DNA of 58,709 bases, counting the filler, from Streblomastix strix (Eukaryota): the NCBI GenBank assembly GCA_008636045.1. It is 3 parts of 3 records of this genome, joined end to end, with 100 filler letters (N's around TTAATTAATTAA, not from the genome) between each part and the next. Parts side by side here need not be neighbours in the genome. Positions count along the whole stretch, not along the records: positions 19,621 to 39,131 come from SNRW01000509.1; positions 39,232 to 58,709 come from SNRW01000510.1; 1 more part is not named here. The stretch is one strand, 5' to 3'. The position numbers were made by a program, and so were the translations under genes. How positions within the stretch are numbered: the first letter of the stretch is position 1; each line of letters starts with the position of its first letter. Below the pieces are notes generated by a model. That model was not told the DNA's origin. It did no database searches and saw only the letters and a list, made by a program, of their open reading frames with translations. Positions 30,732 through 42,130 of the stretch are shown piece by piece.

Positions 30732-31879
30732 ATGTACGACCTAAATCGATAAAACATGGAAGACATCGAAAGTATGCAAAATTAATCATTATTATTCGAA
30801 TCTAATTATTTTATTATTTCAGGAGCAAGACATCTATTGAATGACATGCAAAACCAGCATCGAATATTAGAACAAAAAAAAGTCGAATTACAACACGAAA
30901 TACGCGAATATGGAATAGTCATACAGTAAGTTAATGCTCGGATCAATTTTCTCATATCTGAGAGAGAAAGTGTTCATTAAAATGTGCTTGAAATGGAAAC
31001 TCGGATTAAGCAGGTTGACCATGATATAGTTAGAGCGAGAAGGACTTATGATGTATGGATGAATTATTTAATAATATATATTTGATATTATTATTATTAT
31101 TATTATTATTAATTTATTTATCTTTATTTTATTTATTATTATTTATTTTTATGTTATTTTTTTTTTCATAGAAACTGGCCGATGATAAATCGCAACTTCT
31201 TTCCGAGAAGCATAAAATGGACGAGGATGTTAAAATAGTAGCCAAAGAATACGAAAACAACGAAATCCACACAAACCAAGTTCGGGAACAGATTCAAATC
31301 ACGAGATCTGAGTATGACGAAACAGAAACATTAAAAACATCGATGGATCAATAGTACAGACAGCGCGAGAAAGAACTTAGCAAACTGAGGAACTAAATCA
31401 AGAAATATGATAGCTATGCAACAAGGGTGTCGCAGACTATTATGATGAACAAACCGAGCAAGATGAACTACGACGAGGCTGAAAGATCCCTCAGAATGGC
31501 GCAGAGCGTCGCTTCCCGCGTCTCTTCACGACCGCCGTCACCTATTTTAATGATGATGACACACACACGAAAGTCATATGATTAATTTAATTAGAGCCAG
31601 AGCTCACAAATTGCGAGAAAGCCGTCGCCTGCGCTGTCGTTGGGAAGTTAAAATTTAAAAAGGTCTTAAAGTCCAGCTGGAGGAAGAGCGAAACGCAGCT
31701 AGAGCTAAGATAACTCACTTGTGAATTTGCCGTCGTATAGTACGCCTGATAATATTAGTAGGACGTAGACGAGTTTTACGAGTGTACGAAGCTCTCATCA
31801 CGCCAAACCCATTTCAAGCACTAAGAATTTCACTTCACAGTAGACCCGAACGCCAATCATTGCGTAAGGTGATTATTGA
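30732..31879 (+). CDS. Uncharacterised coiled-coil protein with Ser/Pro/Arg-rich C-terminus, 3 exons
   Basis: MYDLNRQNMEDIE|RARHLLNDMQNQHRILEQKKVELQHEIRE..|KLADDKSQLLSEKHKMDEDVK..; GTATG..AG introns at ~30772-30822 and ~31053-31171; TGA 31877-31879. Confidence 0.75.
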
Positions 31880-32185
31880 TTTTTATATATTACTTGCATG
31901 CATTTAATCGCATTGCTATTGTAAAATATATTATTTAAATTCAACTTTGCTGATAAATTAGCATATTTTTGTTGGTACCCTTCCAATAAACAAATTTTAT
32001 ATAAAAATCATTATTTTATAAAAATACATCAAAGAAATCTTAATTCTTATAAATGTGTATATTAATTTGTTATAGTTCATCCAATAATTATTTGTGAAAT
32101 AAATTTTCAATAAAAGCTCTTTTTCTTTACGAATGTTAGATTTAATATTTTTTATTTTTTTAAATTATATTTTGCATTATAGATA

Positions 32186-33342
32186 ATGGCAGATACTTCA
32201 CCACAAGATCAACGAAATACTAGCGCCGATAAATATGGAAAATTAAGACGAACACCTGTTCAAAAACGCGTCTCTAGCTCTACGAGCACTATTCACACAG
32301 ATGGTGATATACGCCTTAATAAACCTAGTTAACTCTGCCGTAGTGTTTGTATATTGATCCGACAACATATAGAATCAGGCCATCGACTTCATCAGCCGAT
32401 TTTAGTCAATCTTTTTTCTGAAATATATCATCCTTTAGTTTGACTATAAATTCATTTTTTATTATATTTATAATAATATGATTTATTCTTTATATTAATC
32501 AATATCGTACTTCAATGCTAAAGAATCTTCCAACAGATGCAGTTCCGCGTGTTTTTGAAATACCGTCTGTTGAAGAAATTCAAGATTTTGTTAATTTAAT
32601 CGTTTCAACATTAGAAGTTTGTTTAAAATTCATTTTTATTTAAAATATTTATTTTGTTTTAATTTATTTTTCATAGTTAAATCCATGCACATTTCTAATG
32701 GCATTAGTATGAAACACTTAATAATATTGATTTTCTTAATAAATATTAATTTTCTTTATTATTATTGATATTCTATTTAAATATACAGTGTTATATGGAA
32801 CGTATAATTATTACTAACCAACTAACTCTACATTCAACTAATTGGAGAAGAATTTCCCTTTCATGTATTCTTTTGGCTGGTAAGGTTAAATTTTTTATTT
32901 AATATACCTTAATTTATTATTCTATAATTGTTTACTTTTCATATAATTTATTATTCATCTTATTATTATTATTTACAAATCAAACAACTCTCCATTAATC
33001 CAGGTTTTCCACGATGAAGCCCCATGGAATGCAGACATGAGCGATTCTTTCCCCTGGATAGAACTGAACGACGTAAATAACTCAGAAATTAAATTACTCG
33101 AAATGCTGCAGTTTTCTGTTATTTTCACACCATAGTAATATGCGCACTACTATTTAATGTGCCGTGAGATAGCACAACGAGAAAAATAGACTCTTCCGTC
33201 TGAGATTCTGACACAGGACGAATTAATCAGCCTAGAGACAAAAACGTCAGAGCAGGAGTCTAAAATTAGAAAAACAACTAAAGTCAGTCACTCGGATGTT
33301 AAATCGGACCGAAGAAAACTGACTCCGGCTGTTATTAATTGA
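32186..33342 (+). CDS. CCNY: Cyclin Y-like protein, 5 exons
   Basis: RVSSSTSTI, LFSEIYHPL, PSVEEIQDFV, CYMERII, TNWRRISLSCILLAGKVFHDEAPWNAD and LLEMLQFSV...YAHYY match cyclin Y ([49 protein letters not shown]..YAKYY). TGA 33340-33342. Confidence 0.88.
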
Positions 33343-33459
33343 ATAATTTATCTACATTACAAAAAAAACTAAATCTTTTTCTCCTGCACTTCACTGTTTA
33401 TTTTATACATAATAATATGGAATTTTCTATCAAAATAAATAATCTACTTTGATATCTTT

Positions 33460-33716
33460 AAAATTTATCTTTTTGCTCGTGCAATGAGAGCAGCAGTGAC
33501 GCGTTCGAGGTGTATGTGGTTGCGTCCTGTCAATGTAACTCGAATTTTGTTCACTTAATCAGATGCTTCTTTACCTAATTTTACTGAAATTAGATTTGCA
33601 ATAATAAAGTATTTACAAACAGAATAATAAAATAGTTAATATTGCAAACCTCCTGCTGCTTTTTCACCAGATTTGCCCTTTTCTACTGCTTTGCTCGGGT
33701 CGTACGCTGCAGTCAT
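33460..33716 (-). pseudogene. RPS20: 3'-truncated 40S ribosomal protein S20 (uS10)
   Basis: ATG 33716, intron 33649-33584, then QVNKIRVTLTGRNHIHLERVTAALIARAKDK (cf. [30 protein letters not shown]). The conserved GPVR.PTK..TRK.PCGEG half is not visible before the convergent cyclin Y 3' end. Confidence 0.75.
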
Positions 33717-33790
33717 GATTCTAATGATAATAATTTTTAATAATAAAAGTTAAACGACAGGATGCATATAAATTTTAAAAAAGAAAGATT

Positions 33791-33940
33791 AAATGTTCCT
33801 CACAAGGGCTTATCAAGCTCAGCAATAAAAACTGACCGATAGAAAAAAAAGGAGGGCCTAATATAACTCCAGGAATATGTTGAGGATATGTTATAGAATT
33901 GAACAGTCCCCGACCATCGCGAATGGAGTTTTGCGAATAT
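33791..33940 (-). ncRNA. Candidate box H/ACA snoRNA, U17/snR30-like
   Basis: On the minus strand: H box ATAACA (33894-33889), stem TCCTCAACA/TGTGAGGA, m1-like ATATTCCTG (33878-33870), m2-like AAGCCCT (33811-33805), then ACA+TTT (33796-33791). The 5' end is approximate. Confidence 0.55.
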
Positions 33941-34291
33941 CAAAAATAGATAATATTATTTTGTTAGCTCGTATCAATTAAAATGAAATAAAGTTTCTGT
34001 CTAGCAAAGATTATCGCTCTAAACATAGCAATAACCAATAAATGTTGTTTAAATCATATATTTAATCAAAAATTTATAATAAAGAAAAAGGAAAGGCACT
34101 CAAAAATAATCGACAATAAAATTCGAAGCACTATTCGCCAGATCAGATTTTCCAGTTTTATTTCTACAAAATTTGTTTTGATTTTATAATATTTTGATTG
34201 TATTTATTTGTTTATATTTGTTTTTTGCAAAATAAATTATAGATGATTATTAAATAACTATTAAAAATTTCGTTATTAATAGCTTTTATAT

Positions 34292-34350
34292 TAGGGTAGT
34301 CAAACTTGCCCAGAGTGATTTAGCTGGGCGGGCGATTAAAATATTTTGGG
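34292..34350. mobile_element. Solo left end of a hAT-like element related to 2102-3068
   Basis: TAGGGTAGTCAAACTTGCCCAGAGTGATTTAGCTGGGCGG aligns by eye with TTGGGGATGCCAAATTGACCTAGAGGGTTTTGGCTGGGTGG at 2102. No partner end found. Confidence 0.4.
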
Positions 34351-34619
34351 CGAATTTTATTTAACTAAAATTATTAAATATAAATAAATAACAATTAAGA
34401 TTATTACTGATTATAAAGTGAATTAAAATAACTAAAATTTTAATAAAATACCTCTTAAATTTTTATAATTATTCAATTTAGTTCGAGTATCTAATATTGA
34501 GAGAAGTGATATAACAAATGCATTATTAGATTATTTAAATTATTATTATATTTCAATTTAATTTGAGTTTCTTACATTAAGAGAAGTGATGTATCAAATG
34601 CATTCTTAGATTATTTATA

Positions 34620-35026
34620 TGGGCAATTTTCATCACAACCAATAGTCTATAAAATTTTTTATATTTTAATTTAAAATAATTTTAGTAGTAAAAGTCATAA
34701 ATTATACATATGCCAAAACTGCCTAGACAAAAAATATTTTTTTGTTTAAAAATTTAAAAATTCAAATTTTTTATTTTTTTAAGTGAACGAAATTTAACTA
34801 AATTTATTTATAATTAAATATAATTAACAGTCACAATTTTAAAAATAGTAAACAAATTTAAATTGCATCATTGATTGTAAAGTCGAAATAAAATTAATTT
34901 AAAAATGTCTATTTTATGTCTAGGCTGTTTTGACATATATATAATTTGTGATTTTTACTACTAAAATTATTTTAAATTAATATATTAAAAAATTTATAGA
35001 CTATTGGTTGTGATGAAAAATGGCCA
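34620..35026. mobile_element. MITE with ~115-bp imperfect TIRs and TA target duplication (Tc1/mariner-type signature)
   Basis: TGGGCAATTTTCATCACAACCAATAGTCTATAAA.. is mirrored by ..TTTATAGACTATTGGTTGTGATGAAAAATGGCCA, with TA on both sides. It sits in the second copy of an ~80-bp tandem duplication (from ~34495) whose first copy approximates the empty site. Confidence 0.8.
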
Positions 35027-35059
35027 TATTATTATTATTAATTACTATTTATATTTTAA

Positions 35060-37461
35060 TATTATCATCATCAAACAAGTACTCTAAATACAATCAGGAA
35101 AATAAGGCAGAAATTGGGATGAGCAAAACAACCTGGTAGTTCAATTTTTGCAGATTTATTCTAATTAATAAATTATCGATAAAAGAATAAAAAAATTAAT
35201 GAATAAATAAATAAATATTAAATATAATGCAAATTAATATTAATTGTATTAATATACTTTGAGTTTCAGTGCATCTACTCGAACAGGCTTCAATACAACA
35301 GCCTGACCTCTCTTCCTTTTTATCTTAATTAATATAAATATATATTATTAAATAATAATTAGATCCTACGTCGTCTATAATTAAATAGATATAATTAATA
35401 AATACTCAATATATATAAATATTAAATACCCTAATTTTCTAATGCTGGATTAGATTGATGTACATCATAAGGTTGATCAGGTAGTAAATCAATAATTATT
35501 TTATTATCAAATGATCTCATTCCATTTGATTAGATTATATAAATTTAATAACCTTATGTAAAGATACAATGAAAATAAAATAAAAATATTTACATATTAA
35601 ATATTATAATTCATAAATATTATTATTATTATAATTTATAATTATAATTATAAATATAATTCATAATTATAAATACCAATAATTTCCACTTTTCTAACAT
35701 CTTAAGCATCTGACTCTCTTGTTATAATCAAAATTAATAGATAATAAATAAATTGAAATGTAACTGAACCCAGGATATATATTCTAATTAACAAATTTAA
35801 ATACCATTTAATAGCTACTCTATTCTTCTTTAGAGCTGTTAAAATTCGTCAAATGCGTCCTCAATGGGCTATTTTCCTTGACGAAATTCGTCTCAAAATG
35901 TTTTTTAAAATAAAAAAAAATTTTTAAAACATTCTAAATTTTGATGTTTTACTTTGAATAATATATTATTGTTAATAAAATTAATGTTCATAACAGATAT
36001 ATATCAAATTGAAGTATAATATTAAATAAAGATCAGATTTTATTAAAAAAACAAACAAAAAATCTATTAATTTTTTTTTCGTTGGCCTTAAAAATATCGA
36101 ATTTGATTAATTTATATCATATCTGTATAATAATTGTAATAAAAATAGAAATAGTTAAAAACGATAAAAAATTGGTTGTTTATGAGGATTTGACGAATTT
36201 GACGAAAAATTTTGGCGCCGCCAATTCGTCAGCGAATTAAATTTTGACGAATTCGTCAATTTTACATTTTATCTGTGAACTGTTTAAAGATTTTCTTATT
36301 TGGTCCATAAAAATTAAATATATTGAAATAAATTATTTAATTATTTGACATATATTATCTAAATTAATTTATCAAATAAGTTAAAATAAATATTTCTAAA
36401 ACTTATTAAGATCAAATTATTATTTAAACAAAACCAATTGAATAGGTAATATATGTAAATGTTGTGACTCGGAGTGAACTATTGAATATTTTTTATTTAA
36501 TTAATATGAATTTTGAAAAGATAATTGTGGGTGCAACTTTTTCGTCAGTGATTTTTCTTGACGAAAAGTTTGAAATGCGAATTCCAGCAGTAATAAATTG
36601 AAAATTAATTCAAATTTATTGATCTGATTCACTCTTACTCATAAAATTTTTATTCATTAAATTGAAAATCGAACATGTAGCTATGGAATAATTTTCAAAA
36701 ATTCATTATTGGGTTTTAATCTTGTTATCTGTTCAATATTTGTATAAGTAATAAATAATATTATTATATATCTCTAAAATGTTAAAATTTGACATCTTTT
36801 CAATCAATTGATATCATTATTATTACTAAAACTGAATTTTAATAAAAAAACTCATATTTTAACCAAAATAACTATTTATTTCATTGGAAAACAATTTATA
36901 TTTAAGTTATATATGAAAATAAGAATAATTCAATATATATTATATTATTCTTTAATCACATTGCTCTCAAACAAAACTTTTTTATTTTTTTTTAATAATG
37001 TCAATTTTATATATACTTAGACTAAAATTTCTTATATAATTTACTCAATTATATTTTAAATAAGTATTTAATAATAAATATTATTGCAATTCAACAAATT
37101 ATTCTTTGTATTATCTTTTTAATAATCCAAATACATATTTCAGTTTTATCCATTTCTTAATATAATACCAATTTTTTTCCCTATAGTTTTATTTTTATTT
37201 ACAAATTTTGTATTAATACTCATAAAATAATATACCAAATTCTTATCCTTTACATTGAAATATAACTATTAAGTTATTTTCGTCAAAATTCTTAAATTTA
37301 CTGACGATTTCGTTCGTAAAAACAATATTCTTTGTCGAATTTTAACAGCTCTATTCTTCTTATATAGTCTAATTATGCTCTATACAGTTCATTAAATCCT
37401 AATTTCAACCTTATATGAACATCTCTAAGTATTAATCTAATAGGTTCTTATCTAAATATAA
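35060..37461 (-). pseudogene. Decayed multi-exon gene of unknown function, interrupted by the hAT element
   Basis: Removing the element and one TSD restores a frame (QEPIRLILRDVHIRLKLGFNELYRAQLDYIRRIEQLLNG..), which has a later TGA. Further exon-like segments with GT-AG borders lie at ~35430-35552 and ~35257-35325. Confidence 0.4.
35831..37353. mobile_element. Non-autonomous hAT element, 1523 bp
   Basis: 23-bp TIR TAGAGCTGTTAAAATTCG(T/A)CAAA with 1 mismatch (35831-35853 / 37331-37353). 8-bp TSD TTCTTCTT (35823-35830 / 37354-37361). Many TTGACGAA/TTCGTCA motifs near both ends and internally. Confidence 0.92.
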
Positions 37462-37496
37462 AATAATTTAAAATTAAAATTTAATTTGAAAAAATA

Positions 37497-38836
37497 TATA
37501 AATTTATTATTAGTTTTGATGTACGTAGTGTTTATTTAAATATTTGTTTTAAAAAATTTATTCAGTTTTTATTAATAAGTCTAACATCAGTGCTATAAAA
37601 CTTAAATAAAATTCTCATTAAATTGTACACTATGATGATTTAAGTTTAACATATACATAAATTTATTTAATAGTCGTTTGAAAAAAATCGAAATTTAAGT
37701 TAGAATTTAATATATATGATACTGGTAGTAATATTTATATAAATCATATTGTAATTATTCATAGACTTTAATAATAAATTTTATTATGTAATTTTTAAGA
37801 TATTATGCAAGTAAACCACATAATTATTCTGTATATTATTTTTTCTAGCATTACTTCGTATCTGTAGCTTCAATTACAACAAAAATTCTAAAAATTTCAA
37901 GATTTTAAATAACAACAAATGTTGAGTAGTTTTGAACCCACAAATCAATCGTTCAAAATTCTCAATTCACCCAGGGCGAATTGGGATAGCGGGCTTACAG
38001 GGCGAATTTCTAAGCCGGGAATTTTCGCAAAATCGAAGCCATGGAATAACCAGATAATATTTTATTTTTATATATTATATTACATTTAATGTTAAATAAA
38101 CATTATTAGAGATATTTTTATAATTGCTACAAAAAAGTTAAGTTTAAGCTTTGTGCGAATTTTTTTGTTGGGCTAATGTGTTTTCTTAACAATCATAAAT
38201 CTAAATTTCATTATTGAATATATAAAAATTACTTCTACAAAATATCTTGAAGTTTATCTTTGTGATTATTCTAATTATTATCTGATTATTCCAAGATTTC
38301 GATTTTGCGAAGATTCCCGGCTTAGAAATTTGCCCAGCTCGCCCGTTCGCCCAATTCGCCCTTGGAGAATTGAGAATTTTGAACGATTGATTTGAGGGTT
38401 CAAAACTATTCAACATTTGTTGTTATTTAAAATCTTGATATTTTTAGAATTTTTGTTGTAATTGAAGCTACAGATACAATGTAACGCTAGAAAAAATAAT
38501 ATGCAGAATAATTATGTGGTTTACCTGCATAACCTCTTAAAAATTACTTAATAAATTTATTATTATAGTCTATGAATGATTCTAATATGATTTATACAAA
38601 TTTTAATATCATTATCATATATATTAAATTCTAACTTTAGTTTCGATTTTTCCAAACGACTATTAAATAAATTTATGTATATGTTTAATTTAAATCATCA
38701 AAGTGATCAAATTAATGAGAATTTGAGTTAAATTTTATAGCTCTGATGTTAAACTTATTAATAAAAACTGATTAAATTTTTTAAAATAAATATTTAAATA
38801 AACACTACATACATCAAAACTAATAATAAATTTATA
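37497..38836. mobile_element. Foldback element: ~560-bp inverted arms with a ~217-bp spacer
   Basis: 37497-38059 is the reverse complement of 38276-38836 with scattered substitutions (e.g. TAGTTTTGATGTACGTAGTGTTTATTTAAATATTT vs AAATATTTAAATAAACACTACATACATCAAAACTA). No clear TSD. Confidence 0.85.
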
Positions 38837-39131
38837 ATGGAGCATATTGGTAAATATGCGTTCCAAACTTGGAATTTTTTTAAATCTGCTAGCTCTTGTC
38901 TTAGATTTCTGTCGCAGTATCTTTTAATTATTATATCAATAATTCTATAAGTATCAAATTTTAACCATATTTTAATATTTATTACTATTTTATTATTAAT
39001 ACAAGAAATTTTTGACTATTTAGTTGGTTTGACAATTGTTTTGATGATAATGTGAGTAGTATAGTATGAAGAAGTTGGGGTGATGTTCAAAATCATTCAT
39101 TTTCAAATCAATCTACCTTCGCTAAACGCAA

Positions 39132-39231
39132 NNNNNNNNNNNNNNNNNNNNNNNNNNNNNNNNNNNNNNNNNNNNTTAATTAATTAANNNNNNNNNNNNN
39201 NNNNNNNNNNNNNNNNNNNNNNNNNNNNNNN
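39132..39231. other. Artificial contig linker (N44-TTAATTAATTAA-N44)
   Basis: Same structure as 19521-19620, core at 39176-39187. Confidence 0.97.
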
Positions 39232-39886
39232 TAACAATTTACTTCAAGTTGACTTTTACGAGCATATGCCTGCACATTTACAAATTTGATCTTTATTTTG
39301 TCTGTATACTTACCATATCAGACAATAATATAACTAATTTACATAATGAACCAATAATCCCAAAGATAGCTCAAAATTCATAAAAATGCAATTATATCCT
39401 TGTAATTATGTTTCCCCATTTTATTGACCACAAATTCGGAATATACTCAACAATACGATCATTTTGATATAGGCCACGTCTTTGAAATCGGCTGTCTACT
39501 TGCCGTTTAGGCCTAATTTAATAAATGTTTTTTTGAATAATGTATAAAAAATAGTTTATAACAATGAATTTTTCATAAAAACATTTTATTATGCTATGCT
39601 TGAAGTTGTGTGGGATGTTAATATATAAAATTACATGGATATTTTATTTATATTAAAATAATATACATCCGTAGTAGTTCTAAGATTGAATGACTTAAAT
39701 CGAAGATATTTAATTTTTTATGGTTTTGAAATTTTTACATTTCATGGGCGATTTGATCTATTTACCCAGGATATAGTATCTTTGATGTTGTTTATTCTCT
39801 TTCGGCATGTAGAGGTCTAATGTGACCTAAACACCCAACTATCTCAAAAAATTCATTATTATTTCCTACTAATAATATTCTTCCAT

Positions 39887-40156
39887 TGTTGTTATGAGAA
39901 TATGGAGAGTGCCCCACATCAAAGAAAAATAATAAATAAAGAAAATATATTATGTTTAAATAATAACTGTGCTTAATTAATGAATCTAGATTATATATTT
40001 AAATTTTGTGAATGAAAATAAGCACTTGGTTTAAATTAATGAATGACATTACTGATAGTGATTACTGAATTGGATTAGTCAAGTATATATAAGTGGAGTT
40101 CATTATTGAATTGCATTCTTTGTATGTATGTCACTCTCCATATTCTCATAACTACA
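39887..40156. repeat. Inverted-repeat pair, possible ~270-bp MITE
   Basis: Perfect 21-bp IR GTTATGAGAATATGGAGAGTG (39891-39911 / 40132-40152), extendable imperfectly to ~40 bp. No TSD identified. Confidence 0.6.
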
Positions 40157-40285
40157 TACGCAGTAGAATTAGGAATGTTAAAGGATTTGGTTAATGAATT
40201 CAGCTAATGGAAGTCAAAAATTTATTGAAGTTGCAACGCTGAAATCGTTGAATGAATTCATTGTATTTTGAACACAAATGTATGT

Positions 40286-40530
40286 AATTGACATGAAAAA
40301 TTGATGTTGTTAGTTAGTGACTTAAAAGTTGTTTGGGTAACCATAGTCTGAGGGTATTTTTAACTTATTATAGAAAATTGCAGCCAATAAGCTAATATAT
40401 CAATAATTTATCTAATTGACATGAGAAATTGATATTATTCGCTAATGTCTTAAAGTGGTCTGGTGTCCATACCCTGAGGGTATTTTTAACTCATTATAGA
40501 AAATAACTGTCAATATGCCAATATGCCAAA
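40286..40530. repeat. Two diverged tandem copies of a ~128-bp unit
   Basis: Both copies start AATTGACATGA(A/G)AAATTGAT (40286, 40414) and contain CTGAGGGTATTTTTAACT(T/C)ATTATAGAAAAT. Confidence 0.75.
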
Positions 40531-40589
40531 TGATTGGAAATATTAATATATTTCTCATGGATGGAACCAAAAAATAAATCTGTTGGGGT

Positions 40590-42090
40590 TTCAAACGTTG
40601 AATGACTATAGCTTCTCTTCATCCATTATAAGTTCAATATCATCATTTTAATCCATCTCTTCTTTTAGTGATTCGAATTAAGCATAATATTCTTGTTTTA
40701 ATTCATAGTACCATTTGCGAATTGATTATTTTTTTATCATTTTATGCTCACACTATGTTTTAATTCCAATCTCAAAAAATTATTATTTCATATTATCATG
40801 GTTAAATTATGAAGTACTAACACATGGAACACCTTAATTAAATTCATCAATATGTTTTAATATTACAACTACAATCTACGATTTATTAGCCTTAATTATA
40901 TCTCGTTTTGCCTCTGTCATTAATAGTTGACGCATATCGAACTCTTTCAAACCATATTGCATAAAGAAAGTAAATAAATTATTATAAAAATTATCATCTT
41001 AATTATAACATAAATTTTAAATTTTAACTATCTCCATTATGAATTGAACTACATTTTAATGCAAAATAGCGCCTATCACCTGCTTTAATTTTTTACTGGG
41101 TATGGATTGTTTGAAACGAATATAAAATTAACTTCATTCTAAGCATCACGATGAGATTAATTTTTTTCATTTATTCTAATCATATAATCAGTTTCAATTG
41201 ATTTAATCCCTCATTATTTGCTCGTTTATCCTCTCCAAAATTTGTTATCTCAATGGCTACAATCAGTATTTTTCCTTCAATTATACAATTAAATTTCCTT
41301 TTAGTTCCTTTATTTTTGTGCAATATTTACTGCTGTAGCCTGCCATGAGCTCGCATAAAACATCTGTAAATTTTTTCTTACCAATTTCATAAATACCATT
41401 TAAAACAAGTGATGATTGTGTCATTTTTTCCTGCATTTGGAAGAATATAAACTCTCCAATTAATTATATATTTATATAATTTTTCATCGCCTGAAAAAAA
41501 ACATTTAATATTAAATCTAAATATTATTTTATTATATTTTTAACACATTTTTCAAATAGCTCATATTTCCGTCATTAAAAATAATGAGAAAATTTGCGGC
41601 TCTAATTCATTAAATTTTAAACCTTATATGCTAAATATTACTGTATATTTTTCGAAAATATGGCATACAGTTAATTATTTTTTACAATCCATCCATAACA
41701 TAACTATTTTTAATATATCAGACATTCTCGATTTTGTCTTTTGTTCTAATATGTATCTTTTTGCATGAACATCATATGCTTTAACAACGAAATCCTTCTT
41801 CAACTCCAAAAATCGTATAACTATTGTCAAATCTGATATAACTTCTTCATCCATTGTATATTTCTGTTTCCTCATATCAACAAAATTAAAATTGTCACAT
41901 AAATCGATATCAAAAATTTAGATTTCTGTTATATTTTTATTTTAATTGTTTGATTTTCTGAGCTCTGGTTTTATTAGATTCTCAAAATGTGAGATTATTT
42001 TTGAACATATCAGATAATATTTTTATTTCATAACTTAATATGTTTTGAATCTATATTCGTGTTGAATATATATGAACTGATCTGAAATAC
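40590..42090 (-). pseudogene. D5-like SF3 helicase relic (virus/Polinton-like), copy 1
   Basis: Degenerate Walker A SSLVLNGIYEIGKKKFTDVLCELMAGYS, FNCIIEGKILIVAIE (Walker B region), IRINEKN and VKKLKQVIGA-frameshifted GDRRY region. Homologous to copy 2. Many frameshifts; ends approximate. Confidence 0.7.
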
Positions 42091-42130
42091 ATATTTGAGT
42101 TGGAAATTCTATTATAATTTTTATCCAATA

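Noticed and set aside
39232..39520. Possible Helitron Rep fragment (NDRIVEYIPNL, minus strand)
   Set aside because: Resemblance to the N..VVPYNP motif is too weak, and the following HINVE motif is absent.
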